DNA of 64,000 nucleotides from Schizochytrium sp. TIO01 (taxonomy: Eukaryota > Protista > Bigyra: Labyrinthulomycetes), in NCBI GenBank assembly GCA_004764695.1, contig SMSO01000014.1, positions 3,405,648-3,469,647 on the forward strand, written 5' to 3'. Made by a program: the position numbers and the translations under genes. Numbering within the stretch: the stretch's first letter is position 1; each line of letters begins with the position of its first letter. The notes under the pieces are model-generated. The model ran no database searches. It was not told where the DNA came from and saw only the letters and a list, made by a program, of their open reading frames with translations. This document shows positions 26,460 through 38,800 of this stretch, one piece after another.

Positions 26460-26529
26460 AGAGAGAGAGCGAGAGAGAGAGAGAGAGCGAAGAGAGAGAG
26501 AGAGCGAAAGAGAGAGAGAGAGAGAGAGA
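26460..26529. repeat. (GA)n microsatellite, imperfect
   Basis: Directly visible. Confidence 0.9.
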
Positions 26530-28481
26530 AAGGCGCTGATATTCGGCGCCTCCACATTGGTGGTTATATCGGTCGAAGGTCAACTGCGCCGGGGCACTCG
26601 AAGCAGGTGTGTTCCTGGATGATTCAGTACGAGCGTAATCTCAGAATCCTTGCTTGCAATGAATTTGGCAGTTCAATGCCAAGGACTTCCTCCATATTGT
26701 CCGGGCCCCGAAGCTTTGCTATGATGCATGCACAAACAAAAACAAAGAACTTAAACGCAGTGACCGCTTTTATATGGAGTAAGGGTGCTAAGTAGGTCAG
26801 CCAGTTCTCAAATCCACCTAAACACAGGTGCGATTATTTATTAATCGAATCTCAACGTAGTCGTAGCTCCCTCTCAAACCTTTATACTTTCTTCTTTACT
26901 CACACATGGAGAGTCCGTCCTGCATGGACGATTGCACTGCGTTCTACAAATGCATGAAACGTATGATCGATCCCTCAGACCTGAATAGGTGCAGGTAGGT
27001 CCCTTTTATTACGCAAGTTTGGGCGAGCAAGGCCAATTTGGTTTTAGGGGGTAGTAGTAGATTTCATTAACTACAGCGACGTCATCTGCAACAAAGGCAC
27101 TCTCGCTAGTCAGAAGCTACCCTATTTTGAAACCCTTTCACTTAAACCCAAGAGGTCACAGCTATGGACACTATCATAGTACACGGCAACGACTTTGAAG
27201 TCCTATTTTCCTCGCACCAGCGAAGAAGAAGGAACTTCATTATTTATTTATTTCGAAAACAAATTTTTTATAGGCACTGTAATTTTGAAGTCCAAGTTTT
27301 TTTCCTTTTAAAAATTAAAAACCTAACGTAATTACAAAATGATAAAATTACAAAATGAATAGATAATCAAGGTCGTAAGGTTGTAAGATCGCGGTGTCTA
27401 CGAAGACACGGTGTGCGCCCCTAGAGGTGAGTAGATAAGACCTACTCCACACCGGAGATCTTTTCGTCGCTTTTTTCGGATTCGAGAGTTGGAGGAGACT
27501 CAAAGCATAACTTCGTTCTACTACTGACTAAGGTATTCAGTAGGTAGGCAGGTAGTACCGAGTGCTACGTCAGATTACGTCAGGGAATGAAGCGTTGGTG
27601 ATAGTTTCATAGGGATAGATATGGATAGTTGCCTCTACGCACTCGAGTAGCTTGAATGGCTAAGAAGTTCATGCTGAGGACAATAAAATTAGTTATGTTA
27701 CAAATGATAGTGATCAGAGAGAGACTCAGGGATTTATTTCGTTCAATTCTACTCCATCTGATGAAGTTCCACGGAACGAACGATAACCAAGCGACTGACT
27801 TGTTACGATTCTAACATACGCATGCATGCACAGGACAGATAGACAAATTCATTAATTGTATGCCCAGGTGACTCAAACATATATAACGATTATGCAGGAG
27901 CAAATTCATGATTAAATCCCAGCGATCCAAAGCGTATGCAGGAAAGCTATGATCCTTGAGCTCTTACACTCGTACTCATAGTGAAATTATTGACGAGAGC
28001 AAACGAGAGAATAGTCTCTTTGTAGCTTCGAGGCTCTATTTCTCCTTTCTTTTCTCCAATTTCTCCAAATGAAATGGTGGTTAGTACTAGCACGTTATAG
28101 GTAAGCATCAAACTTAAAGCTATTGGAATTCACCTATTCTTTGCTACCAGTTCTTTTTCCAAAGAGCGTTCGTTACTCTATAAGATAAAATAGTAGAAGT
28201 CCAGCACGGCAGCACAGGCGGGAAAAAACTCGTGCAAAAGTTCTTTTTTAGCAGCGGTGGAAGGTTTCGATCACGCTGAGGAATTAGTTATTTATACATC
28301 CCGCAATTCAGGTGTATGGCTTCTTCTTCTCTCTTTATTTAGCATATTCGTGCTTTATTTTAACTTGAGATTTTTATTGTAAAACAATTAAATCACTCCC
28401 CATCTTATTGGCTAGAAGGGTTCCTGGATCTCGCTTGAGTTCTATAAGCTTTTGCACTTGTTCTAAAATTAAAATTTAACA

Positions 28482-28510
28482 ATATATATATATATATATA
28501 TATGTATATA
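28482..28510. repeat. (TA)n microsatellite
   Basis: Directly visible. Confidence 0.85.
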
Positions 28511-29712
28511 TGTAATAGGCAGGCTGCAACTTTCCCTTTATATATAGGAAGTGCCTACCTACCGCTAACTTGAGAATATCGAGACGAGCTACAAATTTCA
28601 CTTTTCTTCTTTTCTTTCTTTTTCTAGTTTCATAGACCTTTTCTAGTCGTTCTTAGTTTCATGCAATCAACAAAATTCACCAATATGTTGCATCGAAAAT
28701 TCGAAATGTTTACTTTGAGCAGCACCGTGTTCGCCTGTAGAAACAAGCACCTCTTTAAAAGAAGGTTTTTGTTTTGACAAAAAAGAGCATCTTTGTCCGC
28801 AATGCAGAAGAAGCAAATTAATTTCCCGGCGCATATTATTGCTCTGCCTCACACAGAAGTCGCAATTCATTGCCATCAAGATTAGGTAGTGTTCCGAGTC
28901 CATCCATCCTTTGGCGCCGACACGAAAGGAGGTAGTTTAAGTGCGCACGCCAGAGTATGCATATTCAAGCTTTTCTGCCGATAACCTGCTTACTCCGAGA
29001 CTTTATTATCCAAAAGCTGACCAAGCCTTACCCAGCTAGCGCAGGAGTTATTTTGCAAAACTATGCTGTTGCTATGTCCAAACTTGGATTGGATGAATGA
29101 GGGAATGAGCGATTGTATGAATTAGTGAATATGACAGCAGGCTGCTCAGCCTGACTGGCTTGCAATTCGAGCATAGGAATTAAAGTATAATCTCCGCCTC
29201 ACAAAAAGAGAAGAGAAAAAAAGTAAAGGAAAGAGACCCAGATCAACCAACTACCCTGTGCCTAGGTATACATATATACATATATACACATTACATACGT
29301 ACGAACTAGAAGAACTTGCACTCTCTGATAGATAAGGGCCCTCTTTATTCAATCTGGTTTGTTCATGAAGAGCTTCTTCATCGTGCGCAGGCAGGCAGTC
29401 GAACAGAAGCACTCTTCCCAGTAAACGCACCAGTCGGCACGTTCGTCCCGCTGCCCATAGTCGGAGCGATTCCTCGGGTTGGAAAGAGAGTTTTGCTTGT
29501 AAAACTCTGCAGGCAAGCCTGACTGAGGAGGAGTTCTCAGACCACTGTCATGTGAACCATTGCTTTTCTTGATGATGATATGAAAAAACTTTAGAATTCT
29601 TCTTCAACAAATGAAGCAATCTTTCAAAACTTACGCAGAACTTGACGACCTGCTTTCAAGAGCCTTAAAGTTAAACTAGTCCATCCCAGAGAACAAACAG
29701 ATCACTCCCGCC

Positions 29713-29815
29713 CTCACTCACTCACTCACTCACTCACTCACTCACTCACTCACTCACTCACTCACTCACACGCACTGCCAGCCCTGCCTGCCCTGCCTGC
29801 CAGCCAGCCAGCCAG
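29713..29815. repeat. (CTCA)14 followed by CTGC/CCAG repeats
   Basis: Directly visible; the last long microsatellite before the AT-rich block. Confidence 0.9.
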
Positions 29816-32800
29816 GTGGCTACAGCTAGCTCTAGCTACAGAGAGAGATTTCTACACAGAGGCTGAAGCGAACAAGAGCCGGCGGCGGAAGAACTATTTC
29901 ACCGGACTAAGTCGGCAGTACACTGGAAATGGCCGTCCTCTGAGTGCTTGTTATGCGTAGTTCTATGCCTGGCAAATCAATCTACAGAGGAAACTGCGAA
30001 GTCAAGCGGCCATGCTTAGAGGGATTGATAAAGCAAATCGAAAGCCAAAACAACCTCTGATATGATTTACGCATACTGAGAATTGAAAGGAGTAGCTTCA
30101 GACTGTAGCTCTAGAGCTAAAGTGGTGCTTATTCCAGCCTGGAACAGAAGGGGTTAACCAAGCATGTAGATAGCTATGTGCTGGTTTTAATATTTATTTT
30201 AGTGCTTAGTGACCGACGCAGTGATGATTAGATCTAGGCAGCGTATTTATTTCATCGATTCGGGTTTTCACCAGATCCTCGCGAGCGGACAGCTCCGCTT
30301 ACGCTGACCAAGTTCCCTAGCTATCGAACTATCTCAATAAAGCCCTTGCTTGGGTCCTGGGATCGCCTATATTCCTGCAGATTTGTGTGAACCTTGGGAC
30401 GGAAGAGAACGATTTTAGTGGCATTTGCGCTGTGTATCCATCATAATACGAAGAACTAGTCAGGCACTTATCAAATTAAAGGAGAGCTTCCTATGTTTTA
30501 GGGCAAGCTTCATTCTCTCACTGGATTTTCCTCGTTGATGAAGAAGACTGGACTTTGAATAACGCAGCACAGCAGCAGGTAGTAGTCGAGCACCAGCCAA
30601 ATTCCTCTTTTTTATTTATATTTTTTGTTTATGTTTATAGTGATGGTTTTATTTGATCGAATTTGTTCTGTTTTGTTTTGTTTTGTTTACCAGAGAATTG
30701 ATTAGTGTAAACCTTTTTTTCAGGCAAACTTATAAAGAACGATCAGCATGACGACGAATTAAAAACTAGGACCACCACTGATTTTCAAAATCTCTGCTGG
30801 TTCAGAGAAGGATTACACTGTCGAAAGACTCAAAAGAAATTTTGTGACTGCCCGATACGCTGACCTCTCCACATGAACTTTGTGTATGTATTCTTGAAAA
30901 GGGATGTCAGCTTTCAGTATTTCCAATAAAACTCATTGCAAGGCTTCTTCTACTTTACATTTATTGTATTTATGAAAAATGTTTCCTCCTTCTCTGTTAA
31001 GTTTCATTTAATTGGACAAAGCAGCATTTCATAATTTTCATTTCAATCTGAATGGAGTAGCAGCTTTGTGTAAGCGTTAATAGATGTATTTCGGCATTGC
31101 AAACTCTTTTGGTTTGGCCTTTATTCCTTAATTCTTCAATAATTGTACTCTTTTTTTAGCAGCAGCTCAAATCAAGGAAATATCATTCGCAGCTTTGAAC
31201 TCAAACGAACGAATACTCATGATCCTCTGTGGAGCTTCATACATGGACATTAAACAGGCATACGATGGAACGATCTGTGTCATTTTTCTCGCGTTCTAGC
31301 GACTGACTTATGACAGGTACATCGTGAGGCCCGCTTGCTTGCGTCATGAGTTAAAGGCTGTGAATTCTGCTTATTTAAACGAATAAAAGCCCCCAATGAG
31401 GCTATCATAGACACGGCACCATCGAGAGCAGAAAATTTCCTCTCAAGGACTTCTTCTTCGTTCGCGTCATCAAGCTCTTGGGGAGTGTGTTGCTCGCTTG
31501 TCAAACTTGATGCTCATCCAAGGTTCTACCTCTAGAGGTAGCATTCAAGTTGTGAGGGACTTATCTATTATATGGTTTTCTAGATGCTGCTGTTGACCAA
31601 AACGTCCAAAGTAGTATACAACTTGAGGGCCTCTAAAATGATATCTAACATCTTCAGGTATAACAATAAGGCTTCTTCCCAAAATGTGATCTCTTACAGA
31701 TCTGGGCCTAAATCTGTTCGCGACTTACGACACATTTCAATCGCAACGACGAAGAGATCTCCATCAATCTCTACAGATGTCCTTCTAACTGCCATGCTCT
31801 CTTCGTAGGGAAGAGCGTGATGACACCTCCACTGGATTTTATCATGTTTTCTTGAACGAAAACATCAAGAAATTACACGAGTTCTCTAGCAGCATGATAG
31901 CTTCTTCATGGGTTAATCGTCATTGGAAAGTCATAAGAAACTGCAAAATGATTGGTGGAGAGATGACACTGACAAAGGGGTGGCTGCAAAGCTAATTAGC
32001 ACGCCATCAAACATTCCAGCGCTCTTTTGAAAGCTGCAGGCATCGTTCAACAGACCTCGTCGGAACAAGCTGCAATACCCAAGGAAGCTCCTAACGTCAA
32101 GATTTGCAGGATTGCGAGGTTGGCAAATACCATCTTGGTTATATGTTTACCAAGCTGACATTTCGGGTTGATAGTCCTTATTAATTTTTATATAAGTATT
32201 TGTTATATACTTTATACGTCTATGCTTTTCAATTATTATTAACTCTTTTTATTCATCACTTCTTCTTTTTTTTTTTTAACTTTTTTTTAAAACTACATTA
32301 TTCAAAAAGTTTGAAGAAAGAACAACAGTAGAATAGGCGTTGGACATCTGCTTAATTATACGCCTGACAACACAGCACACAAACTTGCAATCATCTTCAT
32401 AGGTAAATAAGCACCCCATTGGTGATTGCATTGTGTCTGTGTGTTTTTATTTTGACATAAGTAGAATAAGGCCAAGGTCTATGGGAATAGCACTTTGCAA
32501 TATATTCAATAAATTATTTCCTTCGACAATAGCTTCGAAGGATCTACCTGGCTTAAACACTCGTGCTTAGAAAACTGTTATTTTGAACAAACTAGTTTGG
32601 TGATAAGAAAGGGGCCTAATAGTAGCTTTCTTTCGAAATTGACATCCAGAAACCATTGTTCTTTTCTTTTTGTCCTCTTACCATTCAAACTAAATTTTTA
32701 CTACATTTCAAAAGAAGTCTCATGTCACTGACAACAGCAAAGCCAATCTCTATATAGAATAGTATAAACGTACTCTTTTTTAATTCTAGAGTGAATTAGA

Positions 32801-35800
32801 AGCAACCGCATCGACGTCTTTCCTCCTACGAGATAGTGCGCACGTTAGGGCCAACCTCAGACAAATAAATTACATGTTGGCTTTTCGCAGCTCCTGTCAC
32901 GGATGTGTATTCAACTTGGCCCGGCCTTTTTCTCATTTATGTTTCCTTTTACTTTTTATTTTCTTGACTAACACTCAATTTGGAATTTTTTGTATGTAAT
33001 GTTTATTTAGTTTATTGTTTTCCTCACCAGGTACACTAAAGCTTTCATTCTTTGAATAAGATTCACAAAATAGTCTAAATTGTAAATACTGCATGCATGA
33101 TGCATCTGAATGAATAATTTGAGGTCTCATTTTATCATTGTAGTAGCATTCAATAATACAATTTCCTCATTCATAAAAGCAGAAATCGCCCTCAAAAGAA
33201 AAACTGGAGGCTCCAAAGGCTTATCAACTCGGTAATACTGGTATTGCTTCACTTTAAAATATAAGAGCAAACCGAAAAGACCAGCACGGAGCAAGCAGTT
33301 GCAAGCTACCGTGCCTTCATCAACCATTAGTCCTTTTTAAAAAAGAAAGAGGTAATCTTGAAAATTCAGAAAGAAACCTGGTTAGTAATACTATAATTTG
33401 CAAACAAAGCATCTTGCTCACTGTACAAGTTTAATGAAGCGAACACTCTATGCTTCTTCTTGAGCTAGGCTCCTTTGCTTTTTTGTTAAAGGCTAAACAC
33501 TATTTCAACTTGCTAAAGGATAACATTGTCAGGAGAAGGTAATAAATATAATAAGAACTTGGAGATCTTATTCAAATATAGAAAAGAGGACATATCTAGG
33601 CATTAATTTAAGAACTTAAACTTAAATGTTGGTCTCGAATATTATAAAGAGTATTTGAAGAACTGATGGGTATTTATAATCTACTGGCATACTTAATTTT
33701 CCATCTCTTAGGTCTTATATGTAAGGCTAGTCAGAACTTTTTGAAATTACTAAACAAAGAACAAAGTAAATAAACTCCTCAACTGAGGGTTGCAAATGTT
33801 TGGAATTCATGGACTCTTTCATAAAAGGACATCTTATCAGACTATTTACTTACAATTCTATCTCTCTTTTCTAATGTTTTACAAATCTTCATAGATTTAA
33901 AAAGAAGAAGCATTTGTATGCCGTGAGATCACTCGTGAGAAAGACAAAAGAATCAAATTACCATCCGCAGACAAATGCTCTAACCAACAATTTCTCTTCT
34001 TTTGACAATTTAAATATTTAGTGTGATCCATCATTTCATTTAACAATTCCCGCATTCTCAAGTTGAAAAAATGAATCAATTCAGCCAACACTATTATTAT
34101 GCATCACTCTACCTATGGACGTATAAGACTTTTCAATGTCCGTGCAGTGCGAGTGAACTGTCGTAAACTTGTCGTATGATCAATCTCTTGATTTTGAATA
34201 TGAATAATCATGGTGAAGCCCAAAGTATTATTTTTATTTTAAAGAGTCAGCCACACCTTTAAATATCGATATACAGTCGATATACAATCGGTCATCAGCT
34301 GATCACACTAAATGCCACAAATTAATTTGATTGGGTGATATAGGCATGAGGAGAGTTGTAAGTGTGTTAATTTTTGCGTCGTTTCTTTTCAATTTAAAAC
34401 AAATACTATAGCGAAAACCTCGTGCTTATTGACACGAGTACAGCCGAGATTTGATTTATTTAACATAGCTCCAGTCATGCGTCCCCCTTCGATCAAATTT
34501 CTTGACGAATGAAGTGCTAGCTAGAGAAATCGACAGGGTTAAGGTGGACGCGGACAGAGCAAGTCGAAACCTAATATCTCGGAATTAGAGAGACGACTCA
34601 GCGAGTCAAAGTAAAGTGTGATGGGTCCGGACAGATTATCTTTGTCCTGAGGGATCTTTTTCAAAGTGAGCCTGTTGGAAGTTATAATTTCGTTCAGCGT
34701 GGTGTTTTACATGGACTGCTCGAATACTTCTTTGATTAAAACTATTAGTGTATTAATACTCTATAGGGACTATATAGGGATCCTTTTTCTTTTGATTTAA
34801 AAAAATGAATATGGAAATTGTTTTGTGTACTGCTAGGATAATCTTAACTCTGCCTCAGCCACTACTGCCTCAGCCATAGAGGCTGTTTTCCTGTTTTCCT
34901 TGGCTGCTGTTGAACACCAAAGTTTGAAGGTCGCAAGAAACATTTCAAGAGGCGCTGGAATAGAAGGGTGAAAACAGTTCGATTCGCACATTATTCCGCT
35001 GCAAATTGTTGTTAATCAATTTAACTATATGATAGTAGTATTCTCAGGAGCATCTGAACTGTGGAAATCAGAAGACAAGAATTGTATGACTATTGCACCT
35101 AGGGACTGCTAGATTTGTAGGGCCGGAATAGTTTATAAGCATACCGATGTTGGATTCTAAAATATGGGCTAGGTCTTGTGAGCTGCGTGTGTAACTCGCT
35201 TAAGGTTTAAGCCATGTTGGAGCTCGCGCAAAACTAAATGTGGGTAACCCCAACTGATTGAAAACAAGTTTCTTCCAGCTCTAGTCTCTGTGTCCTTTCC
35301 TGAAGAGCGTTTCATAACATACCATGATGATCTGAGCATAAGTTCGTAATTTTAAACAAAGTTTTATTTTATTAAATCAAGTTTATTTTTCAGCAATATA
35401 TTGAAAACTGAGACGATATCCATTAACTAGGATAAATCTCTTTTCTCCCTACATAGAACTAATCAAACCAAATTCGTGAATAGTTTTTGAATACATTGCT
35501 TAGAGAACTTGGTCTTACTTTAAAATAGTATACCTACTTCAAATGCTCGTTTTTGCTTTTATAGAATTATATGACCCCGCTCGTTACGCTGGTCCTTATT
35601 TTGCTCATCAAACCTCATCTCGTTATTCACTATGTTATCATGTTTGGGGATTACTCCTTTAAACACTAATTGGCACAGCTACTGTTTCGCCTCTCACAAC
35701 AACTTTATTCTTAGTGACGGAAGAGATTAAATAAAGCATATAGTCTCTTTAGGGTAGACGAAAGAGGGATAAAGAGTGAATTGGCTTACGATGTATGACT

Positions 35801-38800
35801 GCTAATCATATAGTCACTAGATAGGGGAAACAAAGTAAGTGTTTCTGCGGTCATTCTGAAGCAATCATGTTGTAGTATATGAAACTGAAGAGGCCGAATA
35901 CGAGGTTGTCGCTCCTCCAAGTTATACATGATAAACTCATTCAAATGTCGTTGGCCTTTGATATTATGGGATATAGCTACTTCCTTTTTAAAGTCCTGAT
36001 ATATGTTGTTCTCATTAAGTTAAAACGAAAGAATTGCTCGACGCATCGGTATAGAAGAAATAGGATGCTCCAGTTTTTTTTTTTAACCATTGATTTTCTT
36101 GTGCCATCCAGTGCCTAGTTCTCCCAAACAAAGATGTTCCGGAATTTGAAATATATGACCCTTTTCTCTTTTAATACTGTTCGCGACAACTTTATATTTT
36201 GTTTTCTCGTTTCCATTTTTCATTATATTTGAATACGAGTAGATTATACTTATCTAACGATAGTACATTGAATATTCCGACTTCATAGCGCGGTCTTTAT
36301 TTTACTAGGCCTTACAAAGCTATTGAAAGGGAAAGCGCAGAAACGTACTCGCAGTCATTGAAAAACATCTTCAATTTCGAAGTTAATACTTTTTCTTTCT
36401 ATATTTTACATTTTAAACTATATATTATTTTTTAATGTTATTAAACTATCGTTACAGTTCTGAGTACTCCCTTTGTTAAAAAATCATTCCACTCTATTTC
36501 TTCTCCTCTCATTTTTTGTCTATAAAAATTTAATTTAAATCTAAACATTACCTGGTAAATCACATAAAAAGGAAGGTGCTCGAAAGTATAAAAGTGAGGC
36601 CTGTGTTCTCAGTCGGGCATGTCGTAAATACATTGAAAGGAAGAAAGCCCACCAGCCTTCTCTCGTTTCGGTCCCTGCCGTTGCACCTGTCTAACTAAAC
36701 ATTGTTTGTCTGTTTGTTTGTCGAGACGCTCAAAGAGCCACAACGGTGTGCAGAAAGAATAGCATAGCTCTATGTTCGCAGTGGTCCTGAAGAAGGAAGC
36801 GCGGTGCGGACTCCGCGAGATCTGTTGACGACTCATGGATTGGCCATAAAAGCCAAGAGGCGAAAAGGAGAGTCGTGACGCACACGCACGTCACGTGTAA
36901 AGTGGCAGCTCAACATGCTGAAATGTCGCTTTTCTTTTGTCCCTCTTCAGAGTAAAGCCATTAGTATGAAATGATGCCCAACGAGAAAATAAGCTTCTAG
37001 CTAGTCACACTATGTACTACTAGACGCTTTGGCATGTTGTAAACTTTTAGGCAGTTGTGCAGAGCGTAAATTTTAACTACTATTTTGTTTAAAAGAAGAA
37101 GTAGGTACCTGGGTTAGGTTACCTCTCCAAATTCAATAATTGGTCCTCTACTATTCCATTGATCTTGCATTGCTCTGATAAGAGAGAAAAGAAAGAACTG
37201 AGAGTCTGGCAGAGACTCGCTACATGAGTGTGCTTGGATGCTTTGAGCAGTTTGAAGCAAACTCCCTCCAACTCCGGCCCCATACTATCAGCCATTCACA
37301 CATACGCATGTCTATTCGCAGAAGTTATTCCGTATCTAAACTATGAATAGACAGAGCCGAGATGCTTAATAGCTGGATGTTTTTTTTTATTCGAAGTGAT
37401 GCTGGTAGCTAAGAGGTTTTTATACATTCTATTATAGATGGCCAAAATCTCTCCAGCGTTCGCTTTAAAAATCGATTGCTAGCCTAGAGTATATATAACA
37501 AGCTCTTTTTTAAGATGAAAGCCTTAGAGACATGTAGGTAGGTAGGTAGGTAGGTAGATCGATACGTACCATCATGATGTGGTTGGTAATGTGCAAATGA
37601 AGGGCTGGGGTCCTCATATGACTTGGCTGTGTACCTGCCTTAGAATGAAATCATCATATTAAATTTTAAAATTTTAGAGCCTAGTACAAGTCTTTCATAG
37701 TTTCCTGCGATTTAGGTTTCGAAGACTTTCACTATACAGAGAGTCCGCGAAAAACCTACTTTCTTTCAAGGTTAAACTTCAGACTTCTTTCTCAGGACGA
37801 AGAGGAGAGGAGAAACGATCTCCTAATCTAGTGCGAATGCCGTATAGGGCAACGGCACAAGATGTTGGATTTCTATTCTGTTTATATAAAACTATCTGGA
37901 AACATGGGTAAGAGCAACAAAGTGCTAGATAGATATGCTATTCAACTCAGACACATATTTACTGTCGTAGTACTATGTTAAGTAAGAATAGCATCAATTC
38001 AAACGATCTTATTTCGATTATCATGATAGACAACATAGCATCTCAGGCCGGCATAAATAAAGTATTATAACGACCGACGTTCTTATGTGAATGTGGCCAA
38101 AGTAGTAAGTAAGTTTGAAATTTTCATAAAAAGCACCCAATCGTACTTTTGATTAATAAGTGCTATCTATCTCAATAGCAAAGCATTCGAATAAAAAAGT
38201 AAATATAACAAGTTTAGATACTTGTGCCTTTCACCAAAGTCGTTGCGGTCCCTGGTGCTGAGATTAAGAAGAAGAAGAAGATAATGATGACGATGATGAT
38301 CAAGCTAATTCTAAAATTGCGAGTTGAGTACACATATGAGGAAGGGCAGTCTAAATACCAGCCAAAATTTACATTTACTTTATATCTTTAAAATTCACTT
38401 TCTTTTAGTGCTGTGTCGATGGCTGCAATGCTAATCTTGCAATATTAGTGTTGATTGTACATCTTACGGTATTCTCCATTTGTTTATTTTCATCCGTATG
38501 TCTTGAAATTCGAGAAATAATACTCTAAACATAATTTTTTCTTGGGGGCACCGTACGATTAGCACTATGCAGCTTGCTATGTAGCACTCGTTAGGAGATG
38601 TTGCCCTCTTGCTAGAAAACAAGTAGGTAGGTAAACCTTCTCATTATTTTAAAAGTACTTTTTATTATATTTTAAGAATACATTCACATAATAACGATAA
38701 CAATAATAATAATACTAATCATTTATTATAAATGAAAAGAAGTTGCATTTTCTTCCATTTTTTAATCCAACTGCTTCAACAGGGAACGCACACATTGTAG

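Noticed and set aside
28249-28272. Minus-strand GATCGAAACCTTCCACCGCTGCTA resembling the 3' end of initiator tRNA-Met
   Set aside because: There is no anticodon arm, D arm or acceptor pairing; it is a short chance-level match.
33500-33825. A + frame interrupted only by TAA/TAG stops, hinting at an alternative genetic code
   Set aside because: TAA/TAG dominate stops in AT-rich DNA, the translation is unrecognisable, and the real genes end in TGA, TAA and TAG.
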